From assembly GCA_027068075.1 (NCBI GenBank), contig JAMOUJ010000006.1, forward strand, positions 346,706-410,705: a stretch of DNA of 64,000 nucleotides. The letters run 5' to 3'. The notes beneath the pieces are model-generated. The model saw nothing but the letters and a program-made list of their open reading frames with translations, searched no databases and was not told the origin of the DNA. This document shows positions 47,211-56,338 of the stretch, piece after piece. Position 1 is the first letter of the stretch; every line of letters begins with the position of its first letter. The DNA comes from Candidatus Aminicenantes bacterium. GTDB lineage: Bacteria > Acidobacteriota > Aminicenantia > S016-38. The translations under genes and the position numbers were made by a program.

Positions 47211-49576
47211 TTTTCCCTCTCCTGAAGGAGAGAATTCCAGAGGTTGGGATTTCCCCGGAGGTATTTTTCAAACCATCCCAGTATGGTCATGTACCATCCC
47301 CTCCTGTGTTTGTATCCGAGAATCCAGTGATTTTCCCCCTTCACCAGAACCAGGGCCACGGGCCTCCTGAGAAGTTTAAGGGCCGTAAACATCTGATGAC
47401 TTTCCCCCGGTGGAACATTGGTGTCGTCGGTTCCGTGTAAAAGTAGGAGGGGAGTTTTTATCCTGTGGGCAGAAAACAGTGGGGAGCGTCCCACATAGAT
47501 GTCCCTTCTGTTCCAGGGAAAGGAGAAGGCGGCGGAGATGGCGTTGTAGGTGTATCCCCAGTAGCCCTGTCCCCAATAGGAGGGGATCATGCTTATTCCT
47601 GCGTGGGAGACGGCGGCGTCAAAAATATCGGTCTTGGTTAGGAGGAATTGAGTCATAAACCCGCCGAAGGAGGCCCCTATTATTCCTTTTTTGGCCACCC
47701 AGGCATGCGTTTTTATGAACTTCTTGCTTGCCTCCAGAATGATTTTCCCCGAGAGTTTTCCCCAGTCGTTTACATGTTTTGCGGAGTATTCCTGGCCGAA
47801 GCCCGTGGCTCCAGGGGGGGTGAGGGCGTAAACCACAAAACCCTTGGCCGCCCACCATTCCTTGGGATACCTTCCCCCGAAGTCCCTGGTCAGGGGGGAA
47901 GTTCCCCCGTAGTAGTAAACGATCAGGGGGTATTTCTTCCCGGGATTGAATTCCGGGGGATAGTAAACTCTTCCCTTAACCGGGTATTTGCCTATCCGGA
48001 TATCCCAGTCCTCCACCTTGCCCCATTTTACCAGGGAGTACTCCTTTTCGGCTGGGAAAAGGGATAAGAGAGTTTTTCCTTCCTCCATGACCACCAGTCT
48101 GGGTGGTAGGTTTACCCCTGTTAGCACGGCGGAAATTGCCCCGGAGGGGGAGACCTGAAGGGCCCTCGCCACTTCGCCTTGGGTGGGAATTTCCTTTATC
48201 TTCCCGTTTTCGGCCGCGTAGAGACGGACGAAGGTTCTGTCTTCGGCGGCGAAGACTATTCTACCGGTTTCGGTCCAATGGGCGGAGAGGATCGAGGGGG
48301 AGAAGTCCCGGGTAAGGCAGTCCACCCTTCCAGATTTTATGTAATAAACCATTAGTTCTCCGTTGTAGTCGTTGGGAATTTCCCCCTTTTTCAATTTAAG
48401 GCAGGTCCCGGAAAAGGAAGAGGGGCCTCCGATGAGGAGGAGTTTTTCTCCCTGGGGACTCCAGCGGGCGTAGTTTATCCACGGGTCGTCTATGAGGTCC
48501 TGCACCCTGCCGGTTTTCAGATTCAGCAGCATGTATTTGTTGAGGAGATAGGGCCTTCGGGTGGGGTCAAAGTATGTGAAGGTTAAAAGGAGGCTCGTTC
48601 CGTCGGGGCTCAACTCCACCGGGGAGGCGGGGGTGGTGATGAGCCTTCTGTCCACTTTACCCCGGGGCCAGAAGATGTGTATTTCGTTCTTTCCTCCCCA
48701 TCCCTTCTGACGAAAGGCTGGGTCCTTTATCCTGTTGAGGCCGAATTCGTTGAATTCCTTTCTCCCGTGATAAACGGTGTAAACGAGGAATTTTCCGTCT
48801 TTGCTCCAGAGGTAGGAGGACAGGTCCTTAACCTCCACAAGTTTTCGGTTTTTCCCTTCAAGGTCCGAGAGCCAGAGGGCGTTTTTGAGTATGTAGGAAA
48901 TTTGAGGATGACCGGGTCTCCATCGGGGCTGTTTTATATCACATCCCCGGAAGGAACGAAGGACACCTCCGCTTTCCAGGGAATATACCTCGTACCAGGT
49001 TTCCTCCTTCCCCTCCCGGGTCCACCTTTTGAACTCCACCAGGAGAAGACTGCCGTCGGGAGAGGGTATTCCCCTGGTGACCTTCACCGTGTCCATGAGT
49101 TCCAGGAGGGAAAGATTGTGTTGGGGGGAGAGGGAAGTGGAAAAATCTCCGGACAGGGAGATGTCCAGTTCCCCGCCCTCCTTGGCGTTTATTTTAACCA
49201 GGAGGAAGTGTTTTCCCTTTTCCAGAAGTTTGGAAACCTTTACCTTCCTTCCCGTTCCCAGGGGTATGCCGTCCAGGAAAGCCTCCGCAGGATGACTGGA
49301 AGACAGGCGAATTTCCCGGTTTCCCCATCCTGTTTTAAGATAAACCGCCAGGTAATGGGTTGAACCTGGCTTAACTGCCATGGGAAGGTTTACCCTTTCC
49401 CATCTCAATAGCGTCCCTGGGCCATTTGAAACTTCCCTTCCCTCCGCCGCAGAAAAGGGTTCTATTTGAAGGGATGTCCCTTCCGGCAGGGGGCCCAGAT
49501 GTAAAAATTCTGCCCCCCATCCCCACAGGGCTACCAAGAGGAAAACCAGGATCTTTTTAAGCATTTTGACCTCCAC
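47207..49576 (-). CDS. S9 family (prolyl oligopeptidase/acylaminoacyl) peptidase
   Basis: Beta-propeller SPDG repeats, GASFGG, HG.DD.NV, ENH. Confidence 0.92.
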   Translation of the reverse strand: MEVKMLKKILVFLLVALWGWGAEFLHLGPLPEGTSLQIEPFSAAEGREVSNGPGTLLRWERVNLPMAVKPGSTHYLAVYLKTGWGNREIRLSSSHPAEAFLDGIPLGTGRKVKVSKLLEKGKHFLLVKINAKEGGELDISLSGDFSTSLSPQHNLSLLELMDTVKVTRGIPSPDGSLLLVEFKRWTREGKEETWYEVYSLESGGVLRSFRGCDIKQPRWRPGHPQISYILKNALWLSDLEGKNRKLVEVKDLSSYLWSKDGKFLVYTVYHGRKEFNEFGLNRIKDPAFRQKGWGGKNEIHIFWPRGKVDRRLITTPASPVELSPDGTSLLLTFTYFDPTRRPYLLNKYMLLNLKTGRVQDLIDDPWINYARWSPQGEKLLLIGGPSSFSGTCLKLKKGEIPNDYNGELMVYYIKSGRVDCLTRDFSPSILSAHWTETGRIVFAAEDRTFVRLYAAENGKIKEIPTQGEVARALQVSPSGAISAVLTGVNLPPRLVVMEEGKTLLSLFPAEKEYSLVKWGKVEDWDIRIGKYPVKGRVYYPPEFNPGKKYPLIVYYYGGTSPLTRDFGGRYPKEWWAAKGFVVYALTPPGATGFGQEYSAKHVNDWGKLSGKIILEASKKFIKTHAWVAKKGIIGASFGGFMTQFLLTKTDIFDAAVSHAGISMIPSYWGQGYWGYTYNAISAAFSFPWNRRDIYVGRSPLFSAHRIKTPLLLLHGTDDTNVPPGESHQMFTALKLLRRPVALVLVKGENHWILGYKHRRGWYMTILGWFEKYLRGNPNLWNSLLQEREK

Positions 49577-49614
49577 AGGGGAATTTTAATATAATTCCCG
49601 GCGGGAGGGAAACC

Positions 49615-49980
49615 ATGAGAAACAAAAGCAAAGGAAGTTCGGCTTTATTTAACCTCATACTCCTGGCCCTGCTGGGTTACGGAGTGTATGTATTGTATGT
49701 TTACGGGAAAATTGAACTTGACCGGAGGGCCCTGGTTTCGGATATTACGGAAGCCGTAGCAGGAAGGGTTTATCTTTCCATTCCTCAGTTGAAGGAGAGG
49801 GTTCTCAAGGTGGCGGAGAAAAGGAATGTGGACATAGACCCCGACTCCGTCTACATAGAGAAAAGCAAGGACACCATCCATGTGGAGTTCACCTATTATG
49901 TGGAAAAAAACATGCTGTTGTGGCATCTGGACAAGGAGATTTTCGTTAGTTTGGACCTGCCAGCGGTGGCCGGTCTATGA
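49615..49980 (+). CDS. Small single-TM protein (pilin-like/DUF4845-like N-terminus)
   Basis: Basic leader ending KG, then a hydrophobic helix; GGAGG SD. Confidence 0.55.
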   Translation: MRNKSKGSSALFNLILLALLGYGVYVLYVYGKIELDRRALVSDITEAVAGRVYLSIPQLKERVLKVAEKRNVDIDPDSVYIEKSKDTIHVEFTYYVEKNMLLWHLDKEIFVSLDLPAVAGL

Positions 49981-52235
49981 AGAAGTATTTTCTTCCTCTC
50001 CTCACGGTATCCCTGGAGAAGTCGCTGGAGGAGGGGGTCCGGGAACTTCTCAGCCAGGCGTGCGGTTTTCTGGGGGCTAAGGGTTATTCCCTTTTCATCT
50101 CCTTGGAAAGAAAGGGAAAATTTTTCCCGCTCCACCGGGGCATTTCCCCAGGGGTTCAGGAAAAAATAAGGGCAATGGTGGAGAAGGCCGGAGAGGAGGT
50201 TCAGGTTTTTGAGGGTCTCCGAGAACTTCCGAGCCGTGACCTCAAGCAGGCCCTCAGGGATGAAGGGATCTCTTCCTTCATAATTTTTCCACTTAAGTGC
50301 CGGGGAAGGGCTTCTGGAAAACTGGTTCTTTACTTCAGGAAAAAAAGAAAACTCAAGGGGAAATTCAAGGAAAGGCTTGAGGCCATGGCCTCCGTCCTCT
50401 CCGCATATGTGGACAATTATTTTCTCTTCTCCGCCCTGCAGGAGAGGGAAAAGACCCTCAACACCATCTTTGAAAGTTCACCGGCGGCCATATTCGTAAT
50501 GCAGGACATGAGATACAAGGTGGTCAACCCTGCCTTTGAAAAAATCACCGGGTTTTCCGCAGAGGAAGTTAAAGACATGTTCTTCTGGGAGATAGTCCAT
50601 CCGGACGACCGGGAGGAGGTTAAGGAAAGGGGAATCAGGAGGGAAAGGGGCGAGAGGGTGGAACCCGAACTATACGAAATGAAAATAGTGGACAAGGAGG
50701 GCCGGGAAAAATGGGTCCTGTTCCGGGGAACCCCCATCCAATTTGACGGAAGGTCCGCCAACCTGGGCATTGCCTTTGACATAACCGAGAAAAAGGAACT
50801 GGAGGATAGGCTCAGTTCCCTGAAGGAAAACCTCAAGGCCATCTACGAATCCACGGTGATGGGCATATATCTCTTTGACTTTGAGAAGGGAATTTACGAG
50901 ATGGTCAACCCCAAGGGAAAGGAAATACTGGGTCTTGATCTGGAGAACAAAAGCCCCGGGGAGGTATTCCCCCCTGAGGAGGCCGAGAGGATAGACGAAA
51001 TTTTAAATTACATAAGGAAAACTAAAAGAACACTGACCACCGTGGAGAAATACCACACCGGTCTGGGGGAAAGATTCGTTTTCGTGAGCCGGGCCCCTGT
51101 TTTCGGAAGGGATGGAACCGTAAAAAAGGTGGTGGGCATTTTCCGGGACATAACCGAAGAGGAAAGGGCCAAGCACGAGTGGGAGAAGAGGGCAGATTTC
51201 TCTATGATGGAAAAAACCATAGAGGTGGTGGCCAAGGAACTTAACAACATCCTGAGCATAATCCTGGCCACCTCCGAGATTGGGCTGAAATCCGGAATAG
51301 ACGAGACCAACTGGCAAAGGATCCACCAGAAGGCCAAGGAGGCCCAGAACTTCATTTATCAGTTGATGGAAATAGGCAGGGGAGAAGGCGGTAAAAAAAC
51401 TGCGGTGGAATTAAACGATTTCATCCGGAATTCCCTTCTTTTATTCCGGAGCATACTCCCCCACGACATAGTGCTGGAATTTTCCCCCTGGCCCGCTCCG
51501 GTTTACATCCTGTGCAATCCCTCGGCCCTGAAAACCGCCCTTTCCCACCTTCTCATAAACGCCAGGGAGGCCACAAAGGGAGGGGGAATAATCCACATTC
51601 TGGTGGAAAGCCACGGAGGATTCGCCCTTTTAAAAATCCGGGACACCGGCCGGGGAATGAGCCAGCAGGAGATTTCCAGGGCCTTTGAGCCCTTCTTTTC
51701 CACCAAATCCCTGGAAAGCGGCTCCGGTCTGGGTTTGACCTTCGTGAAGAAATTCGTTGAAAAAATGGGAGGAAGCGTCTCCATTGACAGTTCCCCAGGA
51801 AGGGGAACCACCGTGATCCTCAAAATTCCCCTGACCTCGGAGCCCCGGGAGGAAGAAAGGAGAAGCGTGGTCAAACCTTCGGGTCAAAGGGTCCTTCTGG
51901 TGGAGGACGACCACGATGTCCGGAGGGTGGAGCACGAACTTCTTACCATCCTGGGCTACAGTGTGGAGGAGGCCTCCTCCGCCAGGGAAGCCCTGGAGAG
52001 CATTCAGCGGAGTCGCCCTTCCATCGTCATAACCGACCTCTCCATGCCGGGAATGGGAGGAGCCCAACTGGCCCGGGAAATAAAGAAGATAGACCCCTCC
52101 ATCAGGATTTTGCTCATAAGCGGATATGTGGGGGAGGGCGAAGCGGAAGAATTGAGAAAAATGGGCATAGACGAGGTTCTTCACAAACCCTTTGGCCTGG
52201 AGGAGTTAAAGAAGGCCCTTCATAGCCTATCTTGA
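49977..52235 (+). CDS. Hybrid sensor kinase (GAF-PAS-PAS-HisKA-HATPase-REC) with degenerate H-box
   Basis: VHPDDR PAS; N, G1, F and G2 boxes; REC ITDLSMPGM; H-box reads AKELNN. Confidence 0.85.
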   Translation: MKKYFLPLLTVSLEKSLEEGVRELLSQACGFLGAKGYSLFISLERKGKFFPLHRGISPGVQEKIRAMVEKAGEEVQVFEGLRELPSRDLKQALRDEGISSFIIFPLKCRGRASGKLVLYFRKKRKLKGKFKERLEAMASVLSAYVDNYFLFSALQEREKTLNTIFESSPAAIFVMQDMRYKVVNPAFEKITGFSAEEVKDMFFWEIVHPDDREEVKERGIRRERGERVEPELYEMKIVDKEGREKWVLFRGTPIQFDGRSANLGIAFDITEKKELEDRLSSLKENLKAIYESTVMGIYLFDFEKGIYEMVNPKGKEILGLDLENKSPGEVFPPEEAERIDEILNYIRKTKRTLTTVEKYHTGLGERFVFVSRAPVFGRDGTVKKVVGIFRDITEEERAKHEWEKRADFSMMEKTIEVVAKELNNILSIILATSEIGLKSGIDETNWQRIHQKAKEAQNFIYQLMEIGRGEGGKKTAVELNDFIRNSLLLFRSILPHDIVLEFSPWPAPVYILCNPSALKTALSHLLINAREATKGGGIIHILVESHGGFALLKIRDTGRGMSQQEISRAFEPFFSTKSLESGSGLGLTFVKKFVEKMGGSVSIDSSPGRGTTVILKIPLTSEPREEERRSVVKPSGQRVLLVEDDHDVRRVEHELLTILGYSVEEASSAREALESIQRSRPSIVITDLSMPGMGGAQLAREIKKIDPSIRILLISGYVGEGEAEELRKMGIDEVLHKPFGLEELKKALHSLS

Positions 52236-52287
52236 AAAATCTCCCCTCCCCTGTTATCCTATTAACTCATTTTTTCAGGAGGTAGAA

Positions 52288-52980
52288 ATGGCCGAGTTGA
52301 AGGAAATTGGAGAAGAGACGGTCAAACTTTTAGTTCCCAGGGACCTGGTGGTGGTGGCGGGCCATCCCAGGAGCGGAACCTCCCTTACCTGTCAACTTCT
52401 GGAAAGCGCCGGTGTGAAGTTCCCCTCGGACATAGGCCCGGATAGGTACAATAAAAAAGGGTATTACGAACTCAGTTTCGCCAAGGAACTGGAAAAGAAA
52501 CTCATAGAAGAGGCCATGACGGTGGAAAACACCAGGGCCCTCAACCGGGTCATAGAGACCCTGAACGAGGCAGGCACTCCCAGCGGGCTGAAAATCGTCA
52601 TCGTCCCCGCCATATTCTTCTACAGGCACATAACCAAGGGGGACATGAGGGCCGTGTTCGTTTTCCGTCGTCCAGCCGATTCCAAGGCCAGTATGCTGAG
52701 GAGGGGAATTTCCCAGTTCAGGCTTTCTTGGTTTGAAAACAACAACGCCATAATAGCCGCCCACGAAAACATAAAGAGGAGCATAGTCGTAAGTTACGAG
52801 ACTCTGATAGAGGGAAAGCCCTGTATTAAGAAGGCGTTTAAAAAGATAGGGTTTGATGTGGACCTGGGGGTGGTGAGGAAGACCTACCGAACCCAGAAGG
52901 GTAGTGAAATGGTGGTTACCGACGAGGAGATGAAGGTTTACAAAAAACTCAAGGAACTGGAAAAGAGGTCCTGTAGATAG
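52288..52980 (+). CDS. Sulfotransferase-family protein
   Basis: 5'-PSB-like GHPRSGTS, R.P....S, VSYE. Confidence 0.7.
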   Translation: MAELKEIGEETVKLLVPRDLVVVAGHPRSGTSLTCQLLESAGVKFPSDIGPDRYNKKGYYELSFAKELEKKLIEEAMTVENTRALNRVIETLNEAGTPSGLKIVIVPAIFFYRHITKGDMRAVFVFRRPADSKASMLRRGISQFRLSWFENNNAIIAAHENIKRSIVVSYETLIEGKPCIKKAFKKIGFDVDLGVVRKTYRTQKGSEMVVTDEEMKVYKKLKELEKRSCR

Positions 52981-54165
52981 TTAAAAAAGTTTCCCCGCCC
53001 GGCGGAAAACGAATAGTTTGCTTTCCTTCTCCTGCTTTTCTCCCAGAAACCTTACCGCGGAGAACCCGAACCTCCTCCTTATCCTCTCCACGGCATCCAT
53101 CATCCTCTCCTCCCGGGGAGTGAAAAGCAGGGTTTGTTCGGCATAGGTGAGGGAAGAGGCTTCCACCGCCAGAAGCCTTACGGGCCTGCCGTCCATCATT
53201 TTTTCCGCCAGGGAAATTGCCTTGTGGTATATTCTCAGGGCATCGTTGCCCGGAGGGGATAGGGGAAGACATTTCTGGGATTCGGAAAAATCCGACCACC
53301 TTATTCTCAGGCATACCCTTCCTCCCCTGGCGCCCTCCTCCCGGAGCCTCATGGCCACGCAATCGCTGAGGTGAAGGATATGGGGTTTTGCCTCCTTAAG
53401 GGTAAAGATGTCCCTTTCCAGGGTTTGTCCCCGGGATACCGACCTGGGTTTTTCCGGTGAAAGTATGGGAACCTGGTTCTCCCGCCGTAGCGTTTCCCGG
53501 AGGTTTTCCCCCTTTCTCCCCAGGAGGCCTCGCAGGTTCTGGACCGAGACTCCCCTTAGGTCTGCCACGGAGGATATTCCCCTTTCCCTCAGCAAGGTGA
53601 GGGTTTTTTGGCCTATTCCCGGGATTTCCTCCAGTTGGAAACTCTCCAGGAATTGCTCCGTTTTTTCCGGGGGAATGTGAAGAAAGCCGTCGGGTTTTGC
53701 CCGGGAAGCCGCCAGTTTTGCCACCAGTTTGGTAGGACCCATCCCTGCGGAGACCGTGAGACCCAGTTGTGTTTTTATCTCCTCCCTTTTTTCCCGGAGG
53801 GAGGCCACGGGATCCCGATAAATAAGGCCACAGCGGGAGAGGTCCACCACGCCTTCGTCCTGGGAGATGATCTCCAGGTCCGGGCTTATGGAGTAGAGGA
53901 GTCGGTAGAATTTTCTTGAGAACTCCTGATACAGGGGAAAATTCGGTTTTACTACCAGGCACCGGGGACAAAGCCTGAGGGCCTGAAAGAGGGGCATGCC
54001 CGATTTTACTCCGTAGGCCCTGGCTTCGTAGGACGCCGAAGCCACCACCGACCGGCGGAGGGAGTTCCCGCCCACTATTACGGGTTTTCCCCGCAGGGCA
54101 GGGTTTTTGACCTGTTCCACCTGGGCGTAAAAGGCATCAATGTCAAAATGAGCGAACAACCCCAT
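52981..54165 (-). CDS. dinB: DNA polymerase IV
   Basis: HFDIDAFYAQVEQ, ASYEAR.YGV.S.M, S.DE, AKLA...KPDG, IPGIG; start at ATG 54165. Confidence 0.93.
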   Translation of the reverse strand: MGLFAHFDIDAFYAQVEQVKNPALRGKPVIVGGNSLRRSVVASASYEARAYGVKSGMPLFQALRLCPRCLVVKPNFPLYQEFSRKFYRLLYSISPDLEIISQDEGVVDLSRCGLIYRDPVASLREKREEIKTQLGLTVSAGMGPTKLVAKLAASRAKPDGFLHIPPEKTEQFLESFQLEEIPGIGQKTLTLLRERGISSVADLRGVSVQNLRGLLGRKGENLRETLRRENQVPILSPEKPRSVSRGQTLERDIFTLKEAKPHILHLSDCVAMRLREEGARGGRVCLRIRWSDFSESQKCLPLSPPGNDALRIYHKAISLAEKMMDGRPVRLLAVEASSLTYAEQTLLFTPREERMMDAVERIRRRFGFSAVRFLGEKQEKESKLFVFRRAGKLF

Positions 54166-54195
54166 CGGTAATATTTTATCCCCCGGGAGTAAAAT

Positions 54196-54224
54196 AAAAA
54201 ACCCCGCCCTCCGAGAGGGCGGGG
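54196..54224 (-). terminator. Rho-independent terminator after the FmdB-family gene
   Basis: 10-bp stem CCCCGCCCTC/GAGGGCGGGG followed by a T-run on the minus strand. Confidence 0.8.
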
Positions 54225-54256
54225 CGAGGAGGTGGGAGTGAGAAGGATTCAGGAGG

Positions 54257-54514
54257 TCAGGTTGGGTTTTGGGGTTTGGTTTTGGGGGGAGAATCTTTGG
54301 TTTTGTTTTTAGGGGAGTGTTTTGTTCCGTTGTCTTTACCCTTGTAGTCCGTAACATACCATCCGCTTCCCTTGAAGTGGATGGCAGGAGGTGAAAGGAT
54401 TTTCTTCAGGGGTCCGCCGCATTTGGGGCAGACCTTTAACGGCTCGTCGTCAAATTTCTGAATGACTTCAAATCTATATCCGCACTTCTCACAAGTGTAT
54501 TCGTAAAGCGGCAT
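54257..54514 (-). CDS. FmdB family zinc-ribbon protein
   Basis: MPLYEY.C..CG..FE, CPKCG, FKGSGWY.TDY. Confidence 0.92.
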   Translation of the reverse strand: MPLYEYTCEKCGYRFEVIQKFDDEPLKVCPKCGGPLKKILSPPAIHFKGSGWYVTDYKGKDNGTKHSPKNKTKDSPPKTKPQNPT

Positions 54515-54552
54515 CTTTACCTCCCGGCAAAATTATAACATTCTGGTCAATA

Positions 54553-54580
54553 TTGACAAGGGAGCCAATTTTGATAAAAT
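54553..54580 (+). promoter_or_regulatory. Sigma70 promoter of tRNA-Arg
   Basis: TTGACA-N16-TAAAAT with TG extension, 10 nt upstream of the tRNA. Confidence 0.7.
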
Positions 54581-54590
54581 ACACTTCGGT

Positions 54591-54664
54591 GCGGCTGTAG
54601 CTCAACAGGATAGAGCGTGGGATTCCTAATCCCAAGGTTGTGGGTTCGATTCCCGCCAGCCGCA
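54591..54664 (+). tRNA. tRNA-Arg(CCT), CCA not encoded
   Basis: Acceptor GCGGCTG/CAGCCGC, D-arm GCTC/GAGC, anticodon arm TGGGA-TTCCTAA-TCCCA, T-loop TTCGATT. Confidence 0.95.
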
Positions 54665-54669
54665 CTTAA
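54621..54669 (+). repeat. 49-bp direct repeat, copy 1 (att site in tRNA 3' half)
   Basis: Identical to 56339..56387. Confidence 0.95.
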
Positions 54670-55031
54670 CCTCCTTCCTGCTCCGCTATGATTTTTCTCC
54701 AACAAAATAAGGAACTCCCTCTCTTATGTGCTACATTTATGTCATGCGGATGATGATCTTTCTTCCGGGTCTATGCTTTCATCAGAATTTTTGCTTCAAG
54801 CTTTCGTATAACTTTGTTAAGGAGGATTTAAAGGATGCCTAAATCCTCTCTCTTTTTTCGAAAACTTCCTTATTGCGTCCTGGGGAAATCTATATTGCCA
54901 AGAATCTTTGGTAATGGACTATATGTTTGGTTTGCTCAACTCTTTTAATGAGCTTAGGGCAAGGCAATCTTTTCCTCAATAGAGAAAAAAGAGGATGAGA
55001 TATTACCTCGTTTACAAGGCTTCCATCGAGC

Positions 55032-55448
55032 TTACTTTATCATTTTTATTATAGGAAGAACCAATGGAGGTAATCCTGCTCTTACGGTTAAATCATGGAC
55101 TAGTTGACGGAAATATGGCCAAATATGAAGAATTAGGGTACTTTTAGCAAAAATCTCAAACATTTTCTTTGTGATAGAAACGCTGGTTCTATAATGAACC
55201 TTATATGAGGCATTTATTGCGAACTTTTCCCCGTTATTTCTTTCCGCCAACAAGAAAAAAGAGATATAAGCTGCGAAACCTTCTTCCGTTTTTTTGTAGC
55301 TGGTTTCTTCGTTTAAGGTAAGCTCAACTCCTGTAGGCTTAAATTCTTCATCTTTTTCCATAGAACATTTGATTAGTTGAATGCTATGCAGCTCCAATCC
55401 TTTTATGAAGTCTGCATATTTTTCCCTGAATTTCTTATCTAATTTCAC
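55032..55448 (-). CDS. SecB-like chaperone of a TAC module
   Basis: SecB-like C-terminal signature HIWPYFRQLVHDLTVRAGLPPLVLP; GTG overlaps the hicB stop, GGAGGAGG SD. Confidence 0.8.
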   Translation of the reverse strand: MKLDKKFREKYADFIKGLELHSIQLIKCSMEKDEEFKPTGVELTLNEETSYKKTEEGFAAYISFFLLAERNNGEKFAINASYKVHYRTSVSITKKMFEIFAKSTLILHIWPYFRQLVHDLTVRAGLPPLVLPIIKMIK

Positions 55449-55972
55449 GCTGCCCCCTCCTCCCATTTATCTGTATATTCTATCTTAAGCGGTCGTTCTT
55501 CTATCATCCTCCACTCAAATTCTTCTAAGGTGTGGTGAAAGATATCTTTCAATTCTTTCTTGAGCTCATTTACTATTTCTTTCTTAAGATTATCTACCAT
55601 CTCTCTTTCTTTTAGAGCCTCTGAAAGTAAAGCTACAACTAATTGATTCAAGCTTATTCCTTCTCTTTTAGCTCTTTGAACTAACTTGCGATGAATGTAT
55701 TTGGGAATTCTTACAAGGAATTTTCCGCTGTATTCTTCCATCTCATAAGGAAGCGGAATCTTTCTGCCCATTTCTAAGGCTGTTTCTATCCACAATTCTT
55801 GAGCTTCTCTTATAGCATTGATTACATCTTCATAGCTGTCTCCTTCGGTCATACACCCAGGAAGTTCTGGGATTTTTGCAAAGTAGCCTTTTTCTTCTGG
55901 AATAATCACAATAGAGTAAGGTAAACTCATGAAATACTTAACTTTTTCCTTAATGTCATTTTTGGCTCTCAT
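55445..55972 (-). CDS. hicB: HicB antitoxin (RNase H-like + RHH) with C-terminal extension
   Basis: GYFAKIPELPGCMTEGDS.E.....EA..LW, YSGKF.VRIP..IH..L...A..EGISLNQ, plus ~55-aa tail. Confidence 0.9.
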   Translation of the reverse strand: MRAKNDIKEKVKYFMSLPYSIVIIPEEKGYFAKIPELPGCMTEGDSYEDVINAIREAQELWIETALEMGRKIPLPYEMEEYSGKFLVRIPKYIHRKLVQRAKREGISLNQLVVALLSEALKEREMVDNLKKEIVNELKKELKDIFHHTLEEFEWRMIEERPLKIEYTDKWEEGAA

Positions 55973-56213
55973 ACCATTCCTCCAAATCTAGTAAATCTCT
56001 GAGATGTTTTATGTATATCTTTTCTACCATTCGGCCCTTCCTAATTCTTATCGTTATCTCATATTCCCCTTTCACATAAATGAAATGATCTCCTCTTACC
56101 CGTCCTCTTTTATATCCAAAAAATTTAAGCACTGTTTCGACCTCCTCTTTTCTCATTTGGGAAGGTAAGTTTAACATCTTTCTTACAAGTTTTATTACCT
56201 TGCTCTTTGACAC
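55956..56213 (-). CDS. hicA: HicA mRNA interferase toxin
   Basis: 85 aa, basic, L..FGY....RGDHFIY (GSH-like His), upstream of hicB. Confidence 0.8.
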   Translation of the reverse strand: MSKSKVIKLVRKMLNLPSQMRKEEVETVLKFFGYKRGRVRGDHFIYVKGEYEITIRIRKGRMVEKIYIKHLRDLLDLEEWYESQK

Positions 56214-56223
56214 TCACACCTCC

Positions 56224-56251
56224 ATTATACTAAATATGATACCAGTGTCAA
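56224..56251 (-). promoter_or_regulatory. Consensus sigma70 promoter of hicA-hicB-secB
   Basis: TTGACA-N16-TATAAT on the minus strand just upstream of hicA. Confidence 0.75.
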
Positions 56252-56338
56252 CATTTTGGTCTGCTCAGATGATTAGATGAAAGTTTAGTAAATTTTTTGG
56301 GTTAAGTAAAGGCATATTTGCGGTAAGCTACCTCCTTC

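Noticed and set aside
54166-54357. 64-aa N-terminal extension of DinB in the ORF track
   Set aside because: It runs through the FmdB gene end and a terminator; the real start is ATG 54165
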